Shown: positions 38,573-54,989, counted from the first letter of the stretch. The stretch is DNA of 64,000 nucleotides from the human T2T-CHM13v2.0 reference genome, Homo sapiens (GCF_009914755.1 NC_060947.1), one strand, 5' to 3'. The notes: generated by a model not told the origin, from the sequence alone. Made by a program: numbers and translations.

Positions 38573-40259
38573 CTGTACACTTTTTAGGGTAAAGCCATAA
38601 TTATATTCCTGGAGTAATTCAATGTATTTCTCTCTCTCTCTCTCTCTTTCTCTCTCTCCCTCCAATAAACACAAACACAAACACACACTCACACCCACAC
38701 TTAGTAGTTAAGCTAAAAAAATAGCATACAAAATATAAGGGATTATAATGGTTCAATGTAGAAAGAAACTATAGATATATATTAAGATGTATGTATATAT
38801 ATATATATATATTTGTTTTCTGGAATGAAACATACCTATCTAAAAGTACATTCAAAGGAACATAATTAAAATACAAAATGTGTAGGTTCTGTAGTTAATA
38901 TATTCAAGTTTCAATGTTTTGGATATTTACTATATATCTCAGAATAATACTACTAATATAAAATGATTTCTAAAATATGTTTAAATATTTTAATTCAACA
39001 AATTTTTAATCTTAGTGGAAATAAACAGATGCCTTAAACAGCTAATACCTCCTTAACAAACTCACTTAAAATGATCATAAACTTTATTGATTTAAAAGTT
39101 AAATTAATTAAGGAGAAAGGGTATCCTCCAGGTCTAGCATGATAACGACATGCCAGAGTAGGGTACAAATAGGCAACAAGAAAGAATCACTTAAATACAG
39201 AGTTAATATGCACATTGCAACATAGTTGTGACTACAGTGAAGAAATATGCATCATTTTACCCTAAAACTTTACAAACACTAATATTTTTAAATTATGGTG
39301 TTGGCTGTTGAGATGTTTCTTCATTTTTTCATAAATTTCTTTTAATGCCTCCTACCATCTTTAAGGGGATGAATTTGTCACAGAATTAATTGTTGAATTT
39401 CAATGCCAACCTCGCTTTTTTGTACAAATGGCAACTTAGGTAATTATGCAATAGGCTGTAACAAACTGAAATATGTATATTGCCCATTTGTCCCACTGCT
39501 CTTCATATTTGCTGCAAGATTGTTAATGCTCACAACAGCGCAGTAATTGAATTACAGAACATTAGCTACATTATTGTTATGATCATAAACTTCCATAAAA
39601 TGGAAGTCCATGAAATAACATCCCAAACTCTGAGTTTATAAAACAATACTACATCTTGTTCTCTTTTCTGTGCCTTCTACCTCAAAAAGCTTACAATGAT
39701 GTTGCTCACACAGCATAAAAAATTCCATTGAAACTCTTTATTCTTTAATTTTATGGAAGCTTTCAAATATTGCTGTTAATGAAACCAGTGCCAGATCAAT
39801 TTTCCTATTTCTCTTTCCTATGTCACTTCCTGAAACCAAGTCCTTGTATGTCTATCCCATAATCTCCAATTTGTAGACTTAATCACACTATAATTCCTGA
39901 GATAACCCTGACTCCCTACTAACTCCTGTGGTAGTTTAGTCTACAGTATGACATATGTATGTGTGCTTTGCATCATTTTGCCATAATATTGTTCATTTGT
40001 TCTCAAGTCAAAAGGTACCAGTCCTTCAAAATGAGCCAGCACATCTGAAATTACTGGGGTAAAGATTTATTTAAATAAATGGTGCAGAGACGAGTGAGTC
40101 CACATGTAACAATATACACAATAATGAAACTGAAATGTAGAAATCTGTATGTAAAAACATTTTAAAACATTTTTAGAAAAAAACAGGTATTAGAAGAAAA
40201 CATAATTCTTTAATTTTTATATAGTAAAATGTTTCCTAACTATGAGTAAAACTCTCTAA

Positions 40260-41247
40260 ATTGATATGGAGTGATTTCTAAGATATAGTATTAAGTGAAA
40301 AAACAAATTCAAAAGAGTATAAGTATTTTACTCTTTGTGTAAGAAACAAGGAGTTATTATAAATGGGCATGTATCTGCTCATTTGGACAAAAGGTATACT
40401 AGAAACTTAGTAGGTTGGTTATCTATAGGTGGCAAGTGAATTAGAGGTGGTAAGAAGGGAGGAACTGGAACTGGGTAGCAGGGGTTAGGAGGCAATGACA
40501 TTTTTAAAAGTCATAATCTTAGAATTATATTAAAGTTTGGCATACACTTTACATGCTAAACATACAAAAATAACTAGAACCAGCCAGGAGTGTGGGAAGG
40601 GGCTCAAATGAAATTTAAACATTAATAGGTGGATCTAACATTATAAATGAGTAAGAAAATCACACTAAAAGAATTCAGGTAGAAAATAATTGGTATAAGT
40701 AACAGCAAAACACAAATAAATTGTAGATAATAAAATCTGTGCTTCCCAGTATAAACAAAAATCTATAAACCAACAGGGGGTTCTTAAATGAACTTCATGG
40801 CAGTAAGTTAGAATCAAAATTATAGGGGTAAACTCATGGCTAAACACAAATACACACACATAGAGATATATGCACATATATACCTATACACAGATAAATA
40901 GGGTAAAAATATAGACATATTTGTATTTATATGGGTTACTATATGTGTATAAATATACATATATATGCATATATGTGTGTATGTATGTATATGTATATTT
41001 CTAGCCCTGTCTCCTGAGACAGGTTAGAAGTAATTACATCCCAATAACAATGAGTATACTTAGCACCCAGATCTTGGTCCCTAAATACCATTATGCAATA
41101 AAGGAAATCAGAGCCTTTAGGACAAGTTGTGGTTGATCCAGTTCTGGGGCAGAGGAAATACAAGATGGTTCTAAAATACCTGGTACTTCCAAGAAAGTAA
41201 AGAAATGCTCAAAAAATAATGTGGCCTGTCAAAAGAACACAAGAGAT
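40260..41247 (+). mobile_element. L1MC3-like 3'UTR, left half (continues at ~50600-51090)
   Basis: 'tgtcaaaagaacacaagag' joins 'tcaaccagaaagagcaaatggccaaagctggagcaattt' across the large insertion. Confidence 0.7.
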
Positions 41248-42551
41248 ACTTCTCATCTGGCCACATGGAATAGACTTATTTCTCCCACTCTTTCACAAAG
41301 TACAACTATAAATCCTGTAAAAACTATAAGAGGAGAGCAAAGGACAACACTGAAAAGTAGAGATAAGTAGAGAAAAGTAAAGACTCTATAAATAATGTAT
41401 TAGGACCACCAACCCAAGAGCAGAAGGTGGCCCAAGCCCAGAGAATTTTGATACCCAACATAGCAACAGAACACAACTTAGTCAGGTAGGTTTATTTCTC
41501 CCCAGGATCTAATAGAAGCCTCACCAACAACACTTGGCAAACTCAAGAGAAATCACCTAGAACATAAGTGGCCAAGAAAACCATTCTCCTTTTCTGCGAA
41601 ATGTGAGATACCACTTTCTTCCATCTAGAGACTCTGGCCAGGGAGGTGGTGCTGGTAGCACCCTCTGTGGGGGTCTTGCCATAATCAACAACCTGCCTGG
41701 GGAACCTCATTATCTTCACCAATCCTGAGACTCTACTCCCCTCTTTAGAGATACCAGGGATTTAGGTGATTCAGGAAAGGGAGATCCCACGATTAAAAGT
41801 ACTCAGACCTGGAAGCACTCTTTGTTCTACAGGTCTGTGAAGTCCTGTCATCAGCTAAAGACTGGCCCAAAGTGTCTGAGCCAGAAAGTACTTTTCATCC
41901 CCCCAGGCTGGAGAATCCTTTATCCCACCTAGAAAAACCACATAATCAGGTGACTGGATGGCATTGTTAGTGAGACCACACCAAAGTAAGTTTAAGGCCT
42001 GGAAGCACTATTTATCCATGGGAAAATAATCCCTTTATCCACCTAGAGATATAAAGTAGCCATACAACTCTAAAAAGTGGGATTTGTCACAACAAGTACT
42101 TAGCTCTAGAAAAATGTTTTGTCTCCATAGGCTGGAAACCACCTTTCCTCATAAAGAGGCACCAGGTGGCCGGACATGAGGAAGCTCATTCTGTACTCTC
42201 AGGATACACCAGCAGAGAGACAACAGAACCAGGTAAACAAAACAGAAAAAAATATCACTACAAAGGCTCTGAAAATTCTATTTCCATGGGAACTGCATCC
42301 CACAAAGTTAGGCTGTAACCTCTGTGCTAAACCTAAACTTCCTTCCTAAATTTAAATATTTAAATAAGACCCAGATCCTTCTAACATAATAGTCAAAAAC
42401 TCAAGAACATAATTTTTAAATTATTTGTCATAACAAGAACCAAGAAAGTCAGAACTTCAGTGCAAAAAATAAACGATCCTAACACTGAGAACATACAGAT
42501 GTCAGAATTATCTGACAAGTATTTTAAAGCAACCATCACAACAATGCTTCA

Positions 42552-43430
42552 CATTTCTGCACAGCGAAATAAATAATCAACAGAATAAACAACCTACAGA
42601 ATGGGAGAAAATATTTGCAACGTATGCCTCCAGCAAAGGACTGACATCCAGAATCTAGAAGAAACTCAAACAATTCAAGAAGAAAAGAATAAAAAAAAAA
42701 GCAATGCCATTAAAACCTGAGCAAAGGACAGGAATAGACATTTCTCAAAAGAATAAATACAAGGGGCCTACAGACACATGAAAAAATGCCTGACATCACT
42801 AGTCATTAAAGGAATGTAAATTAAAACCATGCTGTGATACTTTACACCAGTCAGAATTGCTATTACTAAAAAGTCAAAAAACAGACGTTGGCATGGATGT
42901 AGAGAAGAGAACACTTATACACTGTTGCTGGGAATGTAAATTAGTTCAACTTCTATGGAAAACAGTATGGAGATATCTCAAATAAACAAAACTAGAACTA
43001 CAGCTTGACTCAGCAGTCCCACTACTGGGAATCTACCCAAAGGAAAAGAAATCATTATATTAAAAAGACACCTGCACTTGTATGTTTATCACAGTGCTAT
43101 TCATAAACAATGAAACCATGTCCTTCGCAGCAATATGGATACATCTGGAGGCCATTATCCTAAGTGAACTAACTTAGAAGCAGAAAATCAAATATCACAG
43201 GTTCTCACTTATAGTGGGAGCTAAACAGTGGGTATATATGGACACAAAGATGGAGATAATGGGCACTGGGAACCCTAAAAGGAAAGGGGAAATGAGTGAA
43301 GGTTGAAAATTATCTATTGGGTAAAATATTCAATATTTGCAATATCCCCATATATTTCAAATTCTCACTATGCATGTAATACCCATTTTTAAGCAATTAC
43401 ATATACCCCCTGAATCTAAAATTCAAAGAG
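42552..43430 (+). mobile_element. L1PB/old L1PA 3' fragment nested in the L1MC ORF1
   Basis: 'ttctgcacagc...cctacagaatgggagaaaatatttgc', 3'UTR 'taccccctgaatctaaaat'. Confidence 0.85.
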
Positions 43431-45263
43431 AACTACACAACGCAATTTCAAATTATCGTGAGGCAATGAAAAAATTTGAAAATTTTGTGAAAGAATTAGT
43501 AGTAATAAAAAATAACAGAATGGAAATGTTATAACTGAAAAACACAAGATGAATAAAACACTCTATATGTGGGTTCAGTAATAGACTATAAATTATAGAG
43601 AATAATATAAATGAATTTGGAAATAAGTAATATATTTCACCTAACTTAAGCAACAGAGAGAAACTAGGCTGAAAAAAAATAAATGAACAGATTCTCTGGG
43701 ACTTCAGGGGCAATTACAAAGCATCCAATAATTATATCATTAGAATTCCAGACAAAGATGGGAAAGAGAAAAATGTTTAAAGAGTATTTGAAAAAATAAT
43801 GGAAGAAACCTTTCCAAATATGGTGAAAGGCATAAATCTACATATTCAAGGAGCTAAATAAAGACCACATAAGTGAATTCAAATAATTAAATGTCAAGAC
43901 TCATTACAATTAAATTTCTGAAAATTAAAGACAAAAAATCTTGCAAATAGTCAGAGAGCACTGACATATTATAGGGGAACACCAATTCAAATGACAACAT
44001 ATTTCTCACCTGAAGCCCTGGCATAAGAAGGAAGCAACATATTTTTCAAGTGCTGAAAGTAAAGAACTGTCAACTGATCAAAATTATTCTGGAAAGCAAA
44101 GGAAATGAAGACATTATGATGAAGGAAAATTAAAATAATTTGTCCCCAGTAGACCCACTGTTAAAGAGTATTAAATGAATTTCTTCAAAATGAAAGGAAA
44201 TGATAAATTAAGGAATATTGAAGCATAAAAATAAAGAACAGAAAGAGAAGAAATATGAATAAATAACTTAAATTCATGAGTTTTCTTAATCATATTTGAT
44301 GATTAAAATACAAATTATAACACAATCTGGCACTCAAAACAATAATACTTAACAGTGGGGAATCTAAAATTAACTAAATAGAAATAAGACTTTCAAAATC
44401 CACTTGAAGTGCTAAAATATGGATAGATACCAGTAGACTGAGATAAGTCAACTATGCATATCGTAATACCCAGAGCAACCTCTTAAAAAATACAAAGATA
44501 TACCCTCAAAACATTATAAATAAATCAAAACTGAATTCTAAAAAGAGTTTGAAGAGCCTACAGGAATTTAGAAAACAGAAATAGAATTGAGAAACACTGA
44601 AAACAAACAATACAAATAATAAAATGACAAACTTAAGCTCTAACATATCAAATTATCTTATATGTAGAGTCTAAATATACCATTTAAAAGAAAATTACTA
44701 CCAGAGCTAATAAAAGTAAGAAAAATAACACTAAATAACGCAATGCTGCTTTTAAGATACTGGCATCAAATTCAATAAAATCAACATTGAAATAATTAAA
44801 AGGGTGGATAAACATATACCATGCAAACTTTATTTTAAAAAAGCAGGAGTGACCATATTAATATAAAATAAATAAACTCCAGAGCAAAGAAATTGATGAG
44901 AGACAAAGGAAAAAATCACATAATGATAAAAAAATCCACCAGAAAAATATAAATATCATAATGTATATGCACCACAAAACAGAACCTCAAAATATGTGAA
45001 ACAAAAGCTGATAGAGTTGAAAGGAGAAATAACCAAATCCACAATTATAATTAGAGACTTCAAAACCTCCTCAAAGAAATGAAAAGAACTATAAGTCAGA
45101 TCTGCAAAGTGTTATATAAAATGACCAGAAATGGCCTCTTCATATCAGTCCAAAATGGCTTGCTGCTTACTTCTTTACAGCAGGCTAGGACCATTAGTTT
45201 AAAAACTACCAATGCCAAACTCAAATCCTTACACATGCAATTGCTTTAAAATACATTCCAAAT

Positions 45264-46240
45264 ATGTTCGTTGACCATTTATATGTGTTCTTTTGTAAAG
45301 TGTCTATTCACACCCTTTGCCCACTTTTTAATGGGGTTATTTATTTTTATATTGTTGTTGAGTTGTTTGAGTTATTTGTAACTTCTGGATATCTGTCCCT
45401 TGTCAGGTGTATAGTTTGCAATTATTTTCCGCCATTCATACAAATGGCCAACAAGCATAGGAAAAAATGTTCAACATCAATAAGCAGCAGATAAATGCAT
45501 ATTAAAACCACAATGAGATATCATGTTACACCAGTCAGAATGGCTACTATTAAAAAGTCAAACAACAACAGATGTTAATGAAGATGTGGAGAGAAAAGAA
45601 TGCTTATACACTGTTGGTGAGAGTGTAAATTAGTACAACCTCTATGGAAAACAGTATGGAGATGTCTCAAAGTACTAAAAATATAAGTACCATTTGATCC
45701 AGCAATCCCACTACTGGCTATCTACTGAAAAGAAAATAAACCATTCTATCAAAAAGATACCTGCACTTCCATGTTTATCACAGCACTAGTCACATTAACA
45801 AAGATCTGGAATCAACCTAAGTGTCCATCAATTAATAAATGGATAAAAAAATTTTGTTAAATATACATTAGGATACTATCATCTATAAAACAGAGTGAAA
45901 TCATGTCTTTTGCAGCAAATTGGATAGGATTGGAGGCCATTATCTTAAATGAAACAACTCAGAAACAAAAAGTCAAACACTGCATGTTCTCATTTATACA
46001 TGGAAGCTAAATAATATGTACACATGGACATAAGTAGAATAATAGACAATGGATATTCCGAAGGGTAGGAAGGTGGGAGAGGGGAGAGGGATGAGAAATT
46101 ACCTAATGGGTACAATGTACATTATTCAGGTGATTCATATACTAAAAGCCTAGACTTCACTTTTATACAATATATATCTATGTAACAAAACTGCACTGGT
46201 ACTTATAAAATTATGCAATTGTATGTATATATAAATCCAA
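45264..46240 (+). mobile_element. L1PB-like insertion with a 5' inversion (45264-45430 antisense)
   Basis: Antisense 'tttgcccactttttaatgggg' followed by sense 'catacaaatggccaacaagcat' through to the 3'UTR. Confidence 0.88.
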
Positions 46241-46418
46241 AATAAACATATTTTAGCCATTTAGAGCCTATCCACTTTGCATACCCTGAATTACACCCAA
46301 CACTTGCTAAGCATACTAAGCATAGATAAGATGAACCCTGTAGCTATGACAGACCCCAAATTATTGCTGCCCTTTGGAGCTCTCTTGCCAAGAGACTTTT
46401 CATTTTGCTGCTGAGTAA

Positions 46419-46925
<507 letters not shown>

Positions 46926-47079
46926 TTAATCCTGTATCTTTCTTATTTGACCCTGAAATCTTTGAACTGACCACACAAGGATATAGAATATATGAATAAC
47001 ACCTTCACACAACAGGATCTAAATTGACACATATAGTACACTCCACCCTACAAGAATAGAGTACATATTTTCTCTATCT

Positions 47080-47083
<4 letters not shown>

Positions 47084-47144
<61 letters not shown>
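47084..47144. repeat. Compound (TA)n(GA)n microsatellite
   Basis: Perfect TA tract followed by a perfect GA tract. Confidence 0.97.
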
Positions 47145-47147
<3 letters not shown>

Positions 47148-47194
47148 GAGTGTTTTTTAATGGTCCAAGAAAATATGAACTCTCTTCCCATGTA

Positions 47195-47409
<215 letters not shown>

Positions 47410-48550
47410 TAAAATTTATATGGAAAGGCTCAGGCTCTAGAATAGCTAAAATAATCCTGACAAAAAAGAATTAAGTGAGAGGAATCACTTTACCAGACAC
47501 TAAGGCTTAGTATGTAGCTACAGTAATCAAGGCAATGGGGTATTGTAGAGGGATGAACACATAGATAAATAAAACAAAATAAAAAAATTAGAAGTATACC
47601 CAGGAAAATATGCTCAACTGATTTCTGACAAAAATTTAAAAAAATGATTAAATGGATAAAGGATCACCTCTTCACCAAATGGTGCTGGACATCCATGAGC
47701 AAAAAAATGAAAAGAAATAAATTAAGCCTAAGCCTCAACATCTTATACAAAAATTGACCTAAGATGGATCATGAACATAAGTATAAAATATAAAACCAGA
47801 AAATATTTAGTGAAAAACAGAAAAAAAATCTTCAGGATCTAGAACTAGGTGAATAATTCTTAGGTTTGATACCAAAGGATGATCTATACAAGGAAACAAC
47901 AACAACAAAAAAGATCATTACAACCTCATCGAGATGAAAAACTTTGCTCTGTGGATGAAGCTGTACAGAAGATGAAAGAAAAGCTGGACACTGAGAGAAA
48001 TTATTAAAATTACATATGCAATAAAATGATTGTATCCAGAATATATAAAAAAGTTTCTAAACTCAATGATAAGAAAACAATCTAATTAGAGAATGGACAA
48101 AATACATAAACAGAAATTTAAACAAAGATTTACAGATGGCAAATAAGAACATGAAAAAAATGTTCAACATCATTAGCTACCAGGAAATACAAATTAAAAC
48201 CTAAATTAAATACAATGACAAATTTATCAGAATGGCTATAATAAAAATAATGACAACACCAAAGGTTGGTGAAGGTACAGAAAAACTGGATTGCTCATAT
48301 GTTGCTGTTGGGAATGTAAAATAAGACTATGGAAAATAGTTTTAAAGTTTCTTATTCGAATGAAACGTGCAATTGACCTATAACCCAGCAATTGCACTTT
48401 ATTTCCCAGAGCAATGAAAATTTGTCTTTATTTTTTTTTAATGTATACAATTTTTTAGGAGTTTTACTTCTAATAGTCAAAAATTGGAATCAGCCTAGAT
48501 GTCTTTCAAGAGGTGAACAGTTAAATAAACTGTGGTATGCCAATACCATG

Positions 48551-49995
48551 TGTGAAGGTTAATTTTTTATGTCAACTTGTCTGGGCCATATTGTGCCTAG
48601 AAATTTGGTCAGACATTATTCTAGGTGTGTCTGTAACAGTGTTTCTGAATGAGATAATACGTGAATCAAGACACTCAGTGTAGCAAATTGTACTCTGTAC
48701 TGCGGATGAGTCCTATTCAATCAGTTGAAGGGCACCATTCAATCTGTTAAAAGCCTGAATAAAACAATAGACTTACCCACCAACTAGTAAGAGAAAATTC
48801 CTCTTGCTTGACTGCTTTTGGATTCAAACTGAAACACTGGTTCATCCTGGGTCTTGGGCCTATTAGCTTTCACACTGGAAAAGAACTGTCAACTCTGTTG
48901 GTTCTCAGGCATTCCAGTTCAGACTGGAACTACACCATCAAGTTTCCTAGGTCTCCAGCTGATTGCATATCTTGAGACATGCCAGCCACCATAATCGCAT
49001 ATCCCATTATTTTGGTCCTGGGATTTCTAGAATTGGCATTTTAATTTGATTAGATTCAAAGAGGCTAGTGATTCTATTTCCAATAGTAAAGGGGGCACTG
49101 ACAGTTATGGCATGATCTAGCAATGGGGATATGCAAAATATCACCATTGGCTACTCGTAATCAAGTACTTACAAGCAGCAAGGAGCTAGGTGACTGTGTA
49201 TATAATTGTAAACATTTTTATCAAAATAATACATATAGTGAGATTGGCTGGATGTTCTTAACGTCACTTGACAAAGTGGAGAAAGAAAAGAATATACTCG
49301 TGGATTTGAATGTCCAGATCAAGCACCACATAATTAACTTGAAAGCTTCTATATGTGCCCTAAAGATGATCCTTATTTCCCGTTGTCACAGCACTGATTG
49401 TTAAAAACCCAAAGCAGTATCTCATCCTATGACTGATGAAATTACAACTTAAGTTAAATTCCCAGTATCATAGTGTTCCTACTGTCAAAGTGAAGGCACT
49501 TATTGTGAATCATCATAAAAATCAAAAGGGGGACATGTGGAAAAACCCAGATAAAATTGGGAACATTTAGTCCATCAACTGTGATGAGTTTTCTCTGCCA
49601 GTGAAAGAGGCCTCCTCACCCCTGTGAAAGTGGCCTCTCCACCTCACTCTGAGAGGATTAACCTTGCATTGCTTAAGGACACTGTAATGGTCACCAGGAG
49701 GCAGTTGTTCAATACTCTGTTGATTCTCCTAAGAACCTACTTCCACCACACATCTTTGCTTCCAGACCTATAACTCAACTCAGGTTCCAGCAGTCCCCTG
49801 AAGGTGGAGTATAAAGTGTGACCCATGAAAAGGTGTGTTCACAAATCTACTTGAATTTTCTAATTTATATAGACAGAAATTAAAATAATATGTTTGAAAA
49901 TGAATACTAATGGTGTGGGATAATGGTGGAAGAAACATAAAGTTGAATCAGGCCAAATTTATTGATATAGGCTCACTATGAACCTGACTAATACA
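48551..49995 (+). mobile_element. Deleted ERVL provirus: MLT2-type 5' LTR, gag remnant and the last ~15 bp of the 3' LTR
   Basis: 'tgtgaaggttaattttttatgtcaacttg' MLT2 start; ORF 49123..49404 (EIGWMFLTSLDKVEKE) resembles ERVL gag; ends 'aacctgactaataca'. Confidence 0.85.
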
Positions 49996-51829
49996 GTAGG
50001 TAATACTACTCAGCAATAAAATGGAACAAACTATTGATACATGCATCAGCTTGGACGAGTATCCAGGAAATTATACTGAGTGAAATAAGCCAATCTGAAA
50101 AGGTTACAAACTCTTTGATATCATTTATATAACACACTTGAAATGATCAAATTATAGAAATGAAGAACGAAGTAGTGGTTAACAGGGGTTACAGAGAGAG
50201 AATATTTGGGGGAGAGAAGTTATAAAAGGGCAATACTAGGGATACTTGTGGTTATGTAACTGTCTGTATCTTGACTCAATACATGAGCCTACATATTTGA
50301 TAAATCACATGGAATTAAATACACATACATACCATATGCACACCCAATCACAGAAATGAAGAAAACTAAATCTGGAAATCTAAATAAGATCAGTAGATGA
50401 TTGTGTTTCAATATCCTGGGTGTAATATTGTACAATTTTGCAAAATGTTACCCATTGGGGTTAACTGGGTCAAGGGTGTATGGGATTTCTCTGCATTATT
50501 TCTTACAATTGCATGTCAATCTGTTGTTTTCCCAAAATAAAAATACTAATTAAAAAACTGAAAAAGAAAAATAGCACCCACCAAAACCAAACAACACAAA
50601 AGAGTCAACCAGAAAGAGCAAATGGCCAAAGCTGGAGCAATTTAAGTAACAAAATAATTGTCATATTAGATTTTAACCTAATAAAATAAATATCCATGAG
50701 TCAATACTAACGTAAATAAGTGATTAAATAATACATGAATAAGTGCATGTAGGGGAAGAGAGAGCTCTTTCACACAACATACTTTAAATTAGTGACTGTA
50801 AAGAAAAGAAGTAAATAGAGAATCAAATAGACAAGATCCACCCATGGATGCTAAAATTAGTGGGTGCAAGATAGCCCGTATTGGAAAAGTAACAATATCA
50901 TTGGTGTGGAGTTCTTGCCAAAAAAATATAACCCCCCTCCAATCACTAGAAAAATCTGAAAAGATCTAAATGAACAACATAACTTATTGTTGCCCTTTAA
51001 AAGTGTTAAGTCACAGAATGATGGCTGTAAGGACCCTTTGTACTATTATCAATGTTCTGTAAGTATAATTAAAAATATAGTTAATAAAAATGAACCAACA
51101 CATTTTCATCATTCTCTAATTTTACTTTTGCTCCACTTGAGAAATTATTGTTCGAGGGTTGTCTGTCAGAATTTTAAACTGAAAGATTGCAAGACTTTTG
51201 TCTCCTTTTCCCTGATAAGTCCAGCCTATTCACATCTCTTTCTGTGGCTCTATTCTCAAAAGTAATATTTCCCCCGTTTATATAGCTTATATGTATTATG
51301 AATTGGTACCTAACTTATTTATCCCATCACTTTGACACAGTGTTCAATTCAAGCACGTACATCTAAGCCAGTGTGTAAGAATAGGATACAAGGAGGTATT
51401 GCTGGAGGCTTCTTGGTCTCATCAACATGTTGGGTACAGTGTTATAAAGAGGTAACATCTGGCACTATCACAGTCATTTCTGATAGAATAAAGGAAACAA
51501 CTGAAAATAAGGCTGACACAGTGTAGGACAGATACAAGATAATTTCAAAGAACATGAAGAGGAGCCCTGATATTATTACAGTGCCTAAAACTATATATAG
51601 ACTCAGAGCATAGAGCCATTCATTTATATGAGCTGATAAATTTCTTTTTGTTAAAGATAGTTGGAAGTGATTCTTTGATGATAACATAGACACTTAACCA
51701 ATAGTTCACATTATTACTATTTGTTATGAAAACTTGCACAATGCCAGAATCTTTGTTACCATAGTACAATTACCCATTGATTGTTGTTGGCATACAAGAT
51801 GCAACCTAGTTTTTATCCTTGACTCTAGT

Positions 51830-52100
51830 ATGTCAGACACTGTGCCAGATGGTGTAGAGGATGCATAAATTAATTGAGGGAGCTCCTGCCCTCCAGGAAT
51901 GTCCAGTCTACCACGGAATTTAGGAAATTTGTAAAAATATCTATAAGGCAGAAAAGAACATAACCATAATCAGCTACAAGTTTAATGTTACGAATTTTCA
52001 CAAGAATATGAGATTGCTTATGGCTCGCCAGATCCAGAAAGATTAAGTGGAGAGGTAGCATTTGAGCATGGCTTTGAGAATGAGTGAAATTTAGACATAT
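51830..52100 (-). mobile_element. L2 remnant
   Basis: 'tatgtcagacactgtgccag', 'cctgccctccagga', 'catttgagcatggctttga'. Confidence 0.6.
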
Positions 52101-52289
52101 GGATATGGAGGTGGGCAGTCAAGAATAGAAAAAAACAAAACTTTCCCAGAAGCTTAGAGGCTTCCTTCAACAAAAGCAGTTCTGCTATTTTTTCTGGTTT
52201 ATTTTACATATACATGTTTACATAAGATTTTAAGTGAGAAGATGGCTTTCTGTGCAATTTTTAATAGAAAATTGGTGATGATATTCCAC

Positions 52290-52920
<631 letters not shown>

Positions 52921-53506
52921 GTGGCAAAGACATCTCAATAAAACTTCTCAGCTGCCCATTAAGTACACGTCTCTATTTTAAGAAAAGCAGGCCCAACAGG
53001 ATCTTTCCTACATAAGCTGCTCTGGTTCATGTGATGTACTATGTAAGAAAAGCCAGTTTTGCAAATCTGAACACATCTCATTGGCCTGGGGAATAATGCA
53101 CAAGCAGAAGTCACCCATATATGAACTGGACACAAGGACAATCACTTTTGAAGTGGCTTGGCATAACTCTCTCACAGTGAGTAGTAATAAACCATCTCAA
53201 TCAAAATAGTTTTGGGGAAGTAAGAATGCTAGATCAATAAAGGTAAGGTATATTACTCAGCTCAAGTTGCTGTTTCGAGTTATTATGAATTTTCCTCTTT
53301 TATATAAAGACCAGTTTTTATCACAGTGTTAGAAATTCTGAGATTTGTGTTGACAACTGGAAAATTAGGTTATTTATTCTGCACATTTGCAATAAATATC
53401 TATCACTAAAGGTAATTTGTGATTTTATTTTCTGTGAAACCCAAAGGAATTTTACAGCTTAACTCATGTGTTCTGATTAAATAGCACCATCAGTAGTGAT
53501 AGTAGC

Positions 53507-53556
53507 AGGAGGAGGAGGAGGCAAAGGAGGAGGAGGAGAAAGAGGAAGAGGAGGAA
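53507..53556. repeat. (GGA)n purine-rich tract
   Basis: ggaggaggaggaggcaaaggaggaggaggagaaagaggaagaggaggaag. Confidence 0.85.
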
Positions 53557-53599
53557 GTGTATTAGCAAAAGCAATGAAGAAGACAAAATAATCGAGTAA

Positions 53600-53790
53600 A
53601 GTAAAATTACATATGGACACTTATTATGTCCCAGAACAATGCAATGCTATTATTAATCTGCACAGATATCTTATGAGATAGGACTCATTTTTCAGATGAA
53701 GAAACTAAAGCTTATGTAATAAACAAAACTGTTCCCAAATTATACAGCTCAGAAGTGGAGAGACACGTTCTTTCTATGGCACCATGCAAC
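53600..53790 (-). mobile_element. MIR remnant
   Basis: 'ctcatttttcagatgaagaaactaaagctt' MIR core. Confidence 0.65.
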
Positions 53791-54563
53791 ATAAGACAAG
53801 TATTCCTCTACCTTTAGTTTTGTATGAGACTCAATTACTCTAAAACTGGTCTTTATCTTCATCCCTTGCTTTCAAGAGTATCATTCTATTTCCCTAAACA
53901 TGGCCTTTATACCCATCACTTGCTTTCAAACACTATTGTCCTGTATTAAACTGCAGATCATTTGTGGTGAATCAAAGCTTAACAGATTACTCATTGCTAA
54001 TTAAATAGCTGATTCTGTCCACTGAAGCTCATACATTAAAGTATTTAATGTTTGTTTGGTAAACTGCTTTACTAAATGCTCCTTTGACTTTTATTGGTAA
54101 TAAACATTAAGCATTTATGGCCTGTGAAAGCAGCTTCCCATCCAGCTTATGCTGTTACTATTTACAGTTTGTTAATAAAATACCATTAAGGTCCTTCAAA
54201 TCAAAAGTTGATTTTGTTCTTCTCTTTAACTTTTATTGTAAGGTGCGAATAATAATTCACTAAAATTTGAATGAACTATGCATTTACTAGTGGTTTTTCA
54301 ATAAAGACAGTACTTTGCTAAGCCCAGCACACTTCAGGATTCAACAACAAGGCCTCAGACCGGACAGAGATCTAATTCCCTTTCTCCACTTCACACTCTC
54401 TTTTAACTGAACTGTGCTCTCACTTGGGTACATCCAGACTTCATCATTACTAACAAAATTTTTAAAATCCGACTTCCTTTTACTATGATTTGACTCCTTT
54501 TAAACCGATTTTTCGTTTAACCCTTCTGAATACCAATTTCTTAAACTTTCATCTTAAGGTTGA

Positions 54564-54989
<426 letters not shown>

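Noticed and set aside
39414-39428. GCTTTTTTGTACAAA resembles the Gateway attB1/attL1 core
   Set aside because: Only 15 AT-rich bases match and there is no flanking vector sequence; most likely chance.
51442-51693. Hydrophobic 83-aa minus-strand ORF resembling a membrane protein
   Set aside because: T-rich strands give hydrophobic translations by default; it has a non-ATG start and no recognisable family.
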